Positions 49,832-63,326 of a DNA stretch of 64,000 nt are shown here, one piece after another; within the stretch, counting starts at the first letter, position 1; each line of letters begins with the position of its first letter. A program made the translations under genes and the position numbers. Origin of the DNA: Diadema antillarum (lineage: Eukaryota); the NCBI RefSeq assembly GCF_040938485.1, contig NW_027271825.1, forward strand, positions 62,001-126,000. Direction: 5' to 3'. The notes below the pieces were generated by a model. The model saw only the letters and a list, made by a program, of their open reading frames with translations. It was not told the origin of the DNA and ran no database searches.

Positions 49832-52800
49832 GTAAGGAACGTAATACGTTCTTTTTCAGTAGCATACACTGCTCATTATTTCATAAAAAGTTGTATCACC
49901 CTTCAATCATCAATCATATTGCATCTATTCTATTCTTTCGGGATTATGTCGTATCATATCCACTGCAATATTTCTATCAAAACATTTCCCCTCTCTTTGT
50001 TTGCACGCACTTATATATAATGTATATAATTATACTTGAAGCAATTCAACTTTGACTGGAGGAACAATCAGATATACATATCGCAACATTACTATATGGT
50101 TTCGCAGGGCATCTAATTAGAACTCCTCTTTTTCCATCTAAAAAATGTGATCATCCTTAACTCTCCGCACGATAACTATGTAAATTAATTCGAAGCTACT
50201 CCCTTCATTTAATGCATAAATCTTTACATACATTTATGTGGAACACTTGTATAGCATCATGCCACATTAATTTTTCATAATAAGGATTATGTATTGAGAT
50301 CATTAGATCACAACTACGCAGTAAATAAATAATCATATCTTTGCGATATATGATATCAATACCATTATAGTCATTATTATCATATAAATCTAACCTTAAT
50401 ACCACTGTTGAAACACTAGCGAATTACGAATATCATAAGTATGAGTCAAATTGCGACTATTAAATCATGAAAACATTTCAATCATAATGTGTTATGTCGT
50501 TTCTGTTAAGAAGACGTTACTCTCTTCCTTATTTTGTCCACTTGACCCAAGATTGGATATAATGTCCGTAGCAGGCAGTGACAGGAAGAGTGGAGGGCAC
50601 AAGCCTAATTAGCGGAAAACTATAGGAACTAATGACTTCACAATGCAGACGGCTGACGCTTCTGGGCCCCATTTCATTGAAAAAAAAGAAGAAGAATTGA
50701 CATGATTGCAACTCTTGCTGGAATGTCAGTTGTCATGGTAATGACAAGAATCCAGCGCCCTAATTGGCATGTTGATATGGGAAGTTGACGTTCCAGCAAG
50801 AGTTGCTATCCTAGCATCCTTTATGAAATGGGACCTGCTGTCTTCTTGAGATATGAAAATGTTCCATTATCGATCTGTAAAGTACTGTGACGACATCAAG
50901 ATAAAGCTGAAGTTATGATAGCATGGTCTTGGTCTGGAAACGTTTTTAAGAAAATAGAGAACTCGAAGAGAATTTTGTAAGAGTGCCTTCATTCTTCCTT
51001 GTCAATTAATGCGCAGATTACTATCAACGCAATCAATTTCTGCTAATATGAAGTGTTTTGCATGCAAGTAGGCCTTATATTTTAGGTGGTACTATATCGT
51101 ATATGATTTTTTTCTGCTGATACCACATTATCTTATCATGTGCTACATGGGGAAATGGGTTGTTTAAGATGAAGTCCTAACCTATCTCCGAAAATACAAC
51201 ACACTCGCTTTCACACTTTTTCCTTTCGATAATTCCACAATGTATAGACTATGCATGACACACATACATGTTTACTATGTGCATAAAATGTAACTTAACT
51301 TGCAACTTGTAAACATTACGTTCTATCAGCGAAGAAGCAAGACAATACGTAAACATTGATAACATATAGAAGCAAAACATAGGCATTTGTTTACTCACGG
51401 AACATTGTAATAATATGCAATGTAAAACACGTTTTAAAAGTGCAAAACTGAAAAAAGTAGTGTCATTCTTGGAGGAAGATGATAGAAGTGTCAGTGATGA
51501 TAATTACGATAATTGTTATTATTATGAAACCGATTGAAGAGAGTGATTAGCGTTTCTTTGATTAACACAATTGTGAAAGTTGAATTATAAGGATGCCTCT
51601 TTGATTATCATGACTAGCATAGTATCATAATGACCACAAACACCGAAGCCAAATTATATTCCAGATGTAGCATGATTACACAAAGCATTGTCAAACGTAA
51701 AGCATGCATACATGCAGGACAAAACTAGAGAAAAGGATGCTAGCAACTTACGCCCTGTGCGCGCAATCACCTCTCCATAGGTGCACCTGTTCAGGAAATG
51801 GTGGCATCTCCGTGCCGGGGGAGTGCCATTAGGCCGATGGCAGTATATCATGTGACACGCCATAATGGGTGAGGCCCTTTACTAAGGATATACCCATCTC
51901 CCCCTTGTCGTGAGTTGATATTCGTTCAAATGGGATGGTAGCTGCATGCTTCTTAGATCTTACAGGATGCATCACACCTCCTTTCAACAATTATCCCCAC
52001 CCATGAGTGGTACACCGGCCAGTGGCGTCATTTAATGTTTTCTTGTGAGAATATAATTATTATTATGGGTAATCCCATTCAGAACCATACAGGCCTACAA
52101 AAATAGGCGGCATATATTTATACGTTATAGAAAAACAAAACTAGAATAAAAATATATAAGAGTCTTACTTAGGCATTAAATCATGTCAAAGTAGTTGCAT
52201 CAAACACAAATAATAATCCAGATTTTAGACATTCCACAGTAGATTATGTGTTATGCACTATAGGCTGCGTGATGGAAAAGGTGATGAAGTCAAAACGTAT
52301 TGACTGATATCATTTGAAACGTTTCTCAGAGTTTTTATTGTGTGGGAACTTAAACGAACTGACGTAATTTAATTCTTAACCTTAAGAAGGAAACACACTA
52401 ACGAACACCACGTTTTTAACGTGATAATTACTATTCCATTCTATTCAATTCAAATGAAATGTTATATCCAATAGCACTTTTTCCCCACTAAACACAGTTA
52501 AAATTATTAAACTCAAAAGTGAATGAAGTGCCAGCTTTGGTCGATTAACAACTGAAACGAATTATTTGCCATGGTAATTATTCGAACGTTAAGAATAACT
52601 TCATCTGTGCTCAGTGGCAACTATAAAGCCTGCCTGAGGTTCCTTAAGGGTGCCCCATGTATAGCAATTCTGACCATGATGGAAAAATATTGAACAAAAT
52701 AGCATGATAAGAATCGATCCTTCTGCTTTGGCATTGGGTCAGACAAAGCAAAGGATTTTGAAGGATTCTATTACTCTGCTTATTCCTTTATGAAGCTGCT

Positions 52801-53199
52801 GACGTTTGCAACTAAAACAGGTGTTTTTGTGACTTGCGTCCCCGTGTATCATGCCATGTATCTTTTAGACGTGGATGTGAGTTGTGACAAATTTAGCCAC
52901 AAATGTAAAGGACGAACGGTAATTATTTTTCATCGTTCGCGTTGGATTTGTAATAATAGGCTGTCTCTACACTTTGCAATCCACCTGTCGGCGAGGGATT
53001 GTATACGGCTTATACCATCTGCATCCATCTATAATAAGATTCAGTCAAGTGTAGCCCTTGTAAGGGTATAGCGCGTTCTCCCCCGCCATTGTATGCCAAT
53101 CCAAGCGTTATCAATGCTTGTATGTGCATTTCGTTGAAATATCTGTTTCGCGGTTGTTCATGTGGAATGTTTTATAAGACCTTGTCATTACAGAAGGGA

Positions 53200-54330
53200 C
53201 ATAACAGCATAATGTAATATTACAGTTCATACAGTAATAGAGTTTTACCCCCAAGCTCAGACATATATGTCCCCTAAGGAACCTTTGATAATTCTATAGT
53301 GTAAAGCTGTCCTTGATAAAAGCTATTGCTAGTATACGCCAATTTTCCCTGTATACGGCACATTTTTCTCAAGTTCATTTCCGGTGAGATGAAGCTAAAA
53401 TTAACGATAGCAATAACATTGAGTATACTGCACCCTAGACAAACTACTACAATCCCTATCTACTGTGTTATTTACACAAATATAAAATGTCACTTTCTTC
53501 CTATGACTTCATCACGTATAAAAGACTTTGTGATGTTTCTGTTTTGTAACACAAACTTGAACCGTTTATGAATAACACCAGTACATTATTCTTGGCATCG
53601 TAGCCATTCTTTAGACTGAAGATACATGTACTGTTTAAGTCATTATCATTTTCTTTAACGGGCTCCAAACTAGGCTGCTCTTCACAACAAGATGTGTCAT
53701 CACTATAGCACCATTTCACCAAAATACAGCACCGCAGTGGTTATCAATTACATTCAAACTTCTATGCAAAAACAATGGAATCTTTGTGAGCCAAACGTTT
53801 ATTCGTGTTTCACAATTAGAATAATGAGTGATCATTTTTTAAGTAACTTGCATCAGTTTTGTAGGGAAATGCAACATATGGGTCTGACAATGATTAACGG
53901 TTACCCCGAAGGTTTGACTCTATTAACCTTGAGTAATCTTTTATCTATCACATTGCAAAACAATTTTGAGATTTATGGCAAATAATCTGCTCATAATAAT
54001 GTCATCTATTCAATTTCTCAATTACAAATAGCTTTCAACGAAATTGCTCAGCGTCCTCCAGTAGATCCAACAATTCTCTTGTATGCAAATTCATATTCCC
54101 TAAGTGCAAAGTCAGTCCATAATCTAGGTGACTTTCACTTATGCTTATAGTAAAGAAGAAGAAGAAAAACAGAAATACACAAAGAAACAGGACCTTCATA
54201 CAAGCCTACATGATATATCTTGTTTACAATTAAATCAACAAGAGTAGAATGCTTGCTCCGTATCAAATTATTGTTGAGTTGTAAAAACTTAGCAATGATG
54301 ACTTTCAAAGAGAGGGGTTTGTACCTCAAA
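53200..54330 (-). mobile_element. Highly decayed L2/CR1-like RT remnant
   Basis: Only weak motif echoes (RSKHST..LIVNKI; a degenerate QGS..G block); many stops. Confidence 0.3.
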
Positions 54331-55732
54331 GCGAGAGTTGTGAGGTGATAGAGTCATTTCTTCATCCGATTTGTATATTTAGTTGGCTCAATGACATTAA
54401 TATATCGAGCAATTTATATAAGTACAAGTACCATGCGATCGATTTGAAAATACTGGAGACACATCTCTAGAAGCACCAGAACTTGTGATGAGTATATGCC
54501 CCTCAACACGAATGATATTACATCTCATAATATGCAGTATCATGGTAAATAGAACAGAAAAACCGAGGTAAGGACAAAGAGAGAGACAGAGACAGAGACA
54601 GAGGCAACAACAGAAACAAATACAGGGACACTGACATTGACTGGGACATCAATTTTGACCTGAATAGCACTAGTGATAATAGGGACATGGAACCCAACAG
54701 TTCAGTTCAGTTTCAGTTTAGTTTTATTCACCATCAATTTACGAGTATACAATAAGAAAGATACACAAAGATACATAATTATATAAAAAGTAAACAAAAA
54801 CAAAGCAGAAACAATTAAACTTGATGGTGGGAACCCCAGGAGAAGCAGTGCTTATAAATAGGAGCCCCAGTAATGTTTAAATATTAATATACATGTAAAA
54901 CAAACAAGCAAAAGAATTAATATACATTTCAAGGTTGTACATCGTGGGAATGGGAAAGCGAGCCAGAACAAATGTGTAATACAGAAGGGATTTTCGAGGG
55001 TGTTTGGGAAATGGAGCCTTTTATCATAGAGAATGGAACCTTGAGACCTTTCTGAAAAGGCTTTTTACTTTAGAATTGTGTAACTATCCGGTTTTATGAT
55101 GGATTTTGGTGAAGATTTCACCGAATCTGTTCCATTGCTTTTATCCTGATTCTAAGAGTCGCTCCGAGCCTCCTGTGACACTTCATGTTAAATTCAAATC
55201 GTAAATATAATTATATTAGCTACGTGCAAAACTTTACATTGAAGAAAATTGCATAAAAACGTAAATCATCATCTTAACGAAATAGAAAAAAAAATCGAAA
55301 ATATGATTCGACCAAGGAGGATGACGATGATATGAAAAGATAAATGAATGACACAAGAATGCAATGGCTTCAAAAATATATATGCCTCACGTGAATGTAC
55401 GATGGTATTATTGAAACCGTAACCACTTTCAAAAATGGGCGTTCATCTCAAAATTCACACCGTCAGAAATGAGATAATGAGGGACATTAGTGATCAACGT
55501 CACGAGCTAATGGACAATCAAGCATATGAAGTATTATCACGATGATATAGCGTCCATTAACCAATCTTGACGTCACATCAGTGTTGGGACTGCGAAAATA
55601 AATTGGAAAGATTAGTCATTGTGGGCGATTTTAATTCCCAATATGACATGGCGTATCATGCGTCGCATAAGTGTCCTTAATCTGCGTTCTAATTGCTCCC
55701 TGTGTATGTTTTGTCGTTTTTTCCTCACCTAG

Positions 55733-56807
55733 GAAACGCTTCGGGCAAAGCCCTCAATTCTTCGCGTGGAGTTCGAGCACTGCGCGTGCGTCAACGAGGA
55801 TGCAATCAGGGATTTGGTCGCCATTCTCAACCCGCGGTTAATGAGTCTTCGCGTGACGAGTATCCCGGAGTTTACAAACAATGCGGTGGCAATCCTCTCC
55901 GAACGGTGCCGTGATTTGCAGCACGTTCGTTTCGAATCGTGTCCGAGACTCGACCGCACGGCCTTGGTTCTTCTAGGTACCAACTGCAAGAACTTGAAAT
56001 CGGTGACCTTCGCCAGGGGAGATGGTGTCGAGTGGAAGTTGGTAGACAATGCCGTGGACGCCTTGACCGAGCACTGCAAAGCTGCTCTTGAGGTGGCAAG
56101 TTTCATCAGTTTCGCGCGAATAACGGACAACGGACTTCGGTCCCTGAGCAAACAGTATTGCGCGAGTTTAAACACGGTCAATTTCAGCGAATGTGAGGCC
56201 ATTAGCGATGATGGCCTTTATGCGCTCGCCGCTAATTGTACAAAACTAAAACACTTAGCCTTAAACAGGACTAGTATTTCCGACAAAGGTTTGGCGTATC
56301 TGGCGGAAAAACGGCGAGATTTGCTTGGCTTGGAGGTAGGACATTGCATTCGCGTTACAGATGCAGGAATCCGCAGTCTGGCTCGCTTCTGCCTCTCTCT
56401 GGAATCAATTAACGTGGAACATTGCCTGCAAATTACTGATGAGGCGCTAACAGCTCTCGCCCACGGCTGCTTCCAGCTCCAAACTCTAAACTTCAGTCGC
56501 ACGGGTCTGACTTGCGTGCCCAGTTCCATCATCAGCCTCGGTAAGCTCAGGAAAATCGAAGTCCACATGTGCAAGGAGTTGAGTTCGCCGCCGCAGGAGA
56601 TCATCGAACGCGAGGTCGATGGATTGGTGGATTACTTCTGTGAGAGGAATCTCGGCTATCGTCTGCGGATGATGGTGTTCGGGCCAGGCAGCGGCGGGAA
56701 GAGCAGCCTTGTGAAATCTATGTGCTCGGGCGTGGCTCAGAGGGTGGACACACCCACCGATGGGATGGAGATGACAATCTGGTGGCCGTTCCGGGGAACC
56801 AGCAATG
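55733..56807 (+). CDS. ROCO-family protein, main exon: ~9 cysteine-containing (AMN1/FBXL-type) LRRs, 1-2 typical LRRs, Roc P-loop GPGSGGKS and G2 (PTDG)
   Basis: ttttttcctcacctag acceptor, G|gtaaac donor, ITD.GL..LA..C repeats, PPQEI...L.DYF pre-Roc motif and RLRMMVFG....GKSSL. Confidence 0.88.
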
Positions 56808-58382
56808 GTAAACTACTAAGCATTCAAGTTTGTGCTGGCGTTAATCAAGTTTGTATTTTTTTTTTTTGCCATATCAATTTTTGATGTTGCTGCTTTGATT
56901 ATCATCAGTGTTATCATTATTACCATCATCACATAAACATTGCTGTTACCAATGCTTCAACATTTTCTTACTTGTTTTTCGGTCAATCTTTTCTTTGATA
57001 TGGTTATCATTGGCAGCAACAGTATTTAATTTCAGAGACGCCACATCCTTTGCACTATCGTCACACTCCCTTTGGTCTACCGTAGACATAGATGTACTAA
57101 AGCCCCAAGTCAGCACATAACCGCTTGGTATATGATTGATCAATATACTGATTCGTTTGTCGTATCAGTGAGCTGGTTATAAAACCCAACTCATCGTCAT
57201 TTTCCGTAGTCATTACTGGTTCATGTTAACATTACTGTAACCATTGTCATTCAATCTCTTATGATGATTCATTTCAACTTGCTACTGTTGTGCTTATGTT
57301 ATTTCATCCTTTTACACATCCACTTCTAAACATACGCGAAGAACTACAGTGAACAAAGTTAGTTTTACTACATTGTCTCGTGTAATGATGGGCACACCAC
57401 CGTTCTATTCTTTTATTTCGTCAGCCTACAAGCTGTAAACGCCGCACTCACCATTAAACACATATACACGGCACACTTGTATACACATTTATGACAGCAA
57501 CACACAGTATACACCCACAATTGCAATATCTCGATCCATGTGTATAGAGAGTTAATTGACTTTAATACAACACGGTAAACGAGGTCACGCACGCCTTTGA
57601 GTATTTGAGAAATGATGACATCATTGGTACAATTTACTTCACCATTCGAGGAGAGGAGGAGGGTGAGGTGGGACAATGTTTACCTACAATCGATTCTGAG
57701 CGATGTCTTTTAATTAAGCACAGGAAAGGAGAGAGAGTGTCCGCTGTCCTTAGATCGCCGCCGGCAACGGGCATTATGAGGGTCGCCGCCGTGAATCGAT
57801 CTATTCTGAAATGCACCATTTCTTAAACGATGACTTCAAAGTCCTCTTTTCAGGTGTCACAGCCAAATACCATTGACTTATGATATTTCAACAAAACTTG
57901 TATGATTATGAGGCAAAGCGTATAAAGACACTCAATAGCACTTAAAAGTTTTGATACAATGATGTCATTTTGGAAATGAATGCAATGAATATTTGTTTGT
58001 CTCAACACAAATTACAGTCATATAGATGAAATCATAACCTACATAGATGTATTCATGCACATACATATCTATCTTTGAACATCTATCTATATATCTTAAT
58101 ATCTTTATCAATTAATTAATTCATCTATTTATTCAATTATTCATTGGTTAATTCATTGGCATTGATTGCTTTGTTCATAGCACAATGTAGCCCTTTTAAC
58201 ATAGTACATATTGAGTGCTTGTGTGTAAAGCGTGTTTGTGTATGATTGAAATGTGTGTGCAACAATTCTGTGGTAAATCCGCATATAGAGGCTTATCGGG
58301 CAAGATTTGCGAAGCATATTGTTTCATGTTTTTGCTGCTTTCTGGCACAAGTGATATATCTTTCTCTCATTTTCTTCCTAAG

Positions 58383-58459
58383 ACACCTTGCTGGATCGTA
58401 AGCTGACGGCTGGGGAAAGAAGTCTAGCGGTGGAAGTGTGGGACCTCTCTGGGAGACCG
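58383..58459 (+). CDS. ROCO protein, Roc exon ((D)TLLDRKLTAGERSLAVEVWDLSGRP)
   Basis: Polypyrimidine acceptor, CCG|gtaaat donor, phase 1 in, phase 0 out; WDxxG is the G3 motif. Confidence 0.82.
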
Positions 58460-58538
58460 GTAAATATCAACCAAACTGTGTTAATTTCAACATTTTTAAA
58501 CGCCTATGTGTTCATGCATACACATAACACACACTCAG

Positions 58539-58571
<33 letters not shown>

Positions 58572-61500
58572 TATACATGCATTTCTACTTATGATCATAT
58601 TTGTAAGTGTGTATTTACAGCACTTCCACGATCAGTGTACGACTATTTTTCAAGTTATTTATACACAGTCAAAAGAGCATGGTTATTAACCGATCATTGT
58701 ACATCATAACACGTAATTGGTACACATTTGTTTCCCCTTCGACTGCTTTAACAATACTAGCTATTTGGTTGCGATTGAACGGGATTATTAAACGAGATAA
58801 AACATCTTTATTTGGAACTGATTTCATTTCTCCAAAGATTGAAGTAACCGTTCGTCGACATTAACACGAAGCTCACCTCCCCACCCACCCACCCCCGTGA
58901 ATAAACAACCTCATTCAAAATGAACTTTGTCTGTCAAACAATTTTTCTGCGATGATCATTTCTTCTCAGGTTTGCTTCCTTGAAAGATCTAGAGAGGTTC
59001 AATTACAGACGACATGGTTAAAAAGATATTTGTAATAACGTTAATGTTGGCGTAAAACAAAGCAAGATGTAGATTCTCGAATGTCTTCGAAATTGTCATT
59101 TCCTTTGACCTCATCATCGAAAATTATGGTAATTATATACCGTTATTAGAACAAACGGGAATAACATTGACGTCTGAAACAGTTTGAAACCCTCATTGCC
59201 AGAGATGGTCTTTTTATTTTCACTCCCATCTTGTGGCCATGATAAAAAAAAAGGCCCTCGAAGTCATCACCGGAGCAGGTAGTTTCTCAGTTTGTTGAAG
59301 GAGAGTAATCATTCGGATTAAAAACTGAGAAGCTTTAGACATCCCTTGTCACAAGGCAAGACAAGATAAGATCGTAAAAGGACCTTCTTTTTCCTTCTCC
59401 CTCCTGAAGAGAGGGCAAAGATTTAATCAGTGTTCGGGCGGCAGCAGCAGAATGAGAAATTGTAGAAGACGAGAGAAATACTAGTACACAAGTACAACAA
59501 TCAGTGAGAAAATAAAATAAATCAGTATGCCTGGAAGTGGTTTCCTTCATAAGATGTACATTCAGCTTGGGGGTGATTTTACTAATACAGCAGAGAGAAC
59601 AATGCTGTGAAAACAGACAAAGACGTGGCTAGAAAATGAAACCCTGTTTTATGTGACTCCAAAGAAAGTATCTTTTATTAAAGTTTGTATAATTCATTGG
59701 TGTCTAATCAAGCAGTCATCGTATAATGTAACAAAGAAACTTTGAGACTAAAGATTAGATATAAAGGTCACCTGTGGTAGAAGAGATTGATATACATTTT
59801 AAGAGTCTGCAAAAGATTGAAAAGATTTCTTTGTTTTTCCGGTTTTCATTTCATGATTAATAACATCTTGTTGGAGCGGTCTTGACAAGAAATTTTACCT
59901 CGTTACATGAGTAAAGAAAATACGATATATATTTTTTTCTCCGACACGTCAGCAAAAAAGGTTCAATACTATAATGGCTTTTAAGGCATCAACAAGCTTA
60001 AAAAATTCTTTCTTGCATCCCCAACTTACTTGTTGAGTGGGAAAATGTTACTATTTCTTTTCAGAGAACTCCGTCTTGGGAAATGTATCTCTCCTTGAAA
60101 GAGAGAATTGCTGTAGGGTGATTCAAGATATCAATTTTGTATGCAAAAAAGAAGAAGAAGGAAAATGGTCTTTCTCTATACGCATATAAAAGTGTTCAAT
60201 AATATAAGGAGCTCATTTAGTACAAAAATTGATGTGCGGGGAAGAGTTGATCATGTTGATTCAAAAGTGACTTCGCTGAACAGTCTGTTTCGGCCCAAGA
60301 ATCATCAGCAACTATGTAATACATCAATGTACCTACTTGAATAAAGGCTTGCATGCATATATTTATTGTATCAATATGTAAATAAAATAATGAATGGGCA
60401 TAAGGCATAATGTAACACAATGGCAATGATCGGTCTCTGTGTTGTAAGCAACCACCTAAACTATGGAAACAACAACAGCAGCATGTTCAGGGTGGTTGTG
60501 TCCTAATTATGACGAACTCCGGAAAGTGGCTCATTCGAATTTTGTATATAGTCGATACCATGTGTAGTATGCTTTAACTGTCATCAGGGCTGTTCTGGCT
60601 CCATTCCAAATTGATTCGTGTTTTTCTTCTGCCGTTACCTAGCTCGCCGATTACAGGGTGTTAAGCAAATGACCTTTCTTTCCTTGAAAGCTTACGTTAA
60701 AAGACAGTGATGTACTCTTTCCCCCACCGTGTCGATGTGGGTTTTACCGTGACTACACGTCATTCCAAATAGACAACTGATGTAATCAGTTTCCTCTCGT
60801 TTAACAATGTTTACATGAGGAGAGCGAAAGTGGACACTATTCTGGATGTAGAGATCAGATAAATGTTAAATTTCTTCAGTATAGGGAGTAAACTAAATTG
60901 CCTGCTAAGGAAAAATAAAACCGAAGAAACATTATTGCAGTCTCTCAGAAAATAGCTACTGTAAAACCGGCAGACATATTCGTTTTGATTGCAGCAATCC
61001 TACGACAAACAATAAAGTAACCGGCTTGAAAAAAAAGAAGAATTCCTCTTTTTTTTGGAGAATACACCCCGGATTGTTTCCTATCTAACATCAGGGCAGC
61101 GGTATCCAATATCAATTAAGTTTTTTTTTCAGTATTATAGATATGAATACATGCTTGTTCGTTGTTCCGAAGGTAAAAGATAATTTGAATATGGACCTCT
61201 TCCTATATGCTGAGGAAAGAGTAATTTCTAGATAGCAAACCATTCATACAGTTAGATAAGGGAGTTAAGTTGCCACTAAACCCACAGTGTTCGAGACAAC
61301 TTAAAGCCCTTCTCATTCTCAACAAACGATATTATGCATCATGACTGTACATTATGCATAACATAGAAATATTTACCGACCTGTAGTACTTCAGGTGGAT
61401 ATTAGCGTATACATTCTGTGTATGATTTATTGCGTCATTCGCCTTTGTTACATCCTTGTACACGCCCACTAACAACACAACAACACCCAGGACCAGACCA

Positions 61501-63106
61501 ATTAAACTCCGAGTGGCATCCGTAACGTAGCAACTATCCATTAAGTCAGTGTCGTCTGTTTACTATTTGGAATATGCTTAACCGCAACCACTATCTTACT
61601 GATAAACCAAGAATGAACTGTATACGTTGGACTTGCTCATTCACAACTGATCATAGCAAAACCCCTCAATCAAGTCTTTAATTAACGTCAAGTGATATGT
61701 AATAACTTTTCTTTTTATTATTCGCACAAGGGTATGATTAAATGGTGTTGGAATCTCTCAAAAATAAAGAAAAATGGACAGATATTACCATAGACAGTTA
61801 TTCCTTTTAATCTGCTGACACGTGGTAGAATCTTGGCGTCCCGGAGTTCCTTTGCGGGAAAATTTAAGGATACACGTCTTCTTATACGCTTCGGCGATAA
61901 ATCCGTCCTACGGTAAAGTGTTTGCCAACATTTTGGATAGACCGACCGTTAAGCACATTCAACACGCCATTGATACCCCCTGAACAAATAGTGACATATC
62001 TTGTACTCAGTTGCCATGCTTCTTATCCGTTCCGATGGGATGAAATCAGAGATGAAGCGATTTTTTTTTTCTTCTGGCATACAAAATGCCCCTGTGAATA
62101 AGTCACTTCGTATAAACCGAAGGATGCTACACCTCCCATTTATAATATCTGGGAAATAATTTGAAGGTCTATTTAAGCGTATGAAGGGAAATAATATTGA
62201 TTATTGAAGATGAAAATGCAACAAGATACAGAAACACTGGATATTTAGTTTGAAAACAATATGATTCTCATTTTGATGTCTATGCGATGGTATTGTCTAG
62301 TATCAAAAATAAAAGAGTGAAAAGGATGGTAAAGGGCGGGAGAGAAATAGACTATCTTCTATCGATTTTATTCGAATGATGTCATTATTAAAGACATCGC
62401 CGTTTTACAAATATATGTGTGTACCATTGTTGCGAACTTTTTCAGGTTTGACACATCTTGTCTTAACATGAAGAGAATGTTGTCACGTGGAATTCGCTTA
62501 TTTTCATGTTTACAGGAAATTGCAAGGAATGTGAATGGAACATCATTTCAAAGTCTTCGCTTATAACTGTTTTTTTATGTCCGTTTTCTCATCATCCGTC
62601 TCTGTATATTTAGATTCTGTCAACTCGCTTTGTAAAGGAATGGCTGCAAAATATTAGAAAATGATACGAACCTGAGTGTGGAATAACATTGTTATGAGAT
62701 AGCAAGAAGCCGGAACACAGAGCAGTATACTTGTTTGTAATATTCGTGTGTAATGTGTATAAATGACTAAGGTTACCATGGTTACCTGACCTTCTGGAAG
62801 ATGAAGTAGCATCATTAGAAGAGGGTGTGGCACCTTCATCGATAATACATCTTTCAAACAATTCTGTTCTTGTGAAATAGGCGTGTGTCTAAAATGCATT
62901 GATAGAAATCGACAAACATTTTCCGTCCTTGACGCTGTTCTAATACTGTGTTCTATTACTCTTTAAGGTATCACTGTTTGCTCATTATTGTACAGTAAGT
63001 TCTAAAGCAATGCCGTTCATCACAGCCAACGTCACACAGAGAAACCTTGGATTCAACTATCTTTTTTCCTCTATATGGTGTTTGTTTTGTGTGTGTTTGT
63101 GTGTGA

Positions 63107-63142
<36 letters not shown>

Positions 63143-63203
63143 CTATCTATCTATCTATCTCCGTCTATCACTCTTTCTGCAACTCTGTCTTTCTACCAAA
63201 TAG

Positions 63204-63326
63204 GTTTGTCAAAGATGCCTTCACATGTTCATCACCCCGGCAACCCTTCCACTTCTCGTCTTCAACCTGGCTGACTCGGAGAGTTGTGACGCTGTCGTGC
63301 AGTACGCAGACTTCATTCATAGCAGG
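63204..63326 (+). CDS. ROCO protein, Roc exon (VCQRCLHMFITPATLPLLVFNLADSESCDAVVQYADFIHSR); gene continues beyond the window
   Basis: tag acceptor, AGG|gtgagt donor, phase 0. Aligns to the Roc consensus Y..TH.FFLT.R.LYLLVFNL. Confidence 0.8.

Noticed and set aside
58971-59040. Alternative ROCO exon after ttcttctcag (VCFLERSREV...)
   Set aside because: It reaches an in-frame TAA without a donor and lacks the Roc H..F...L.LLVFNL motif found at 63204.
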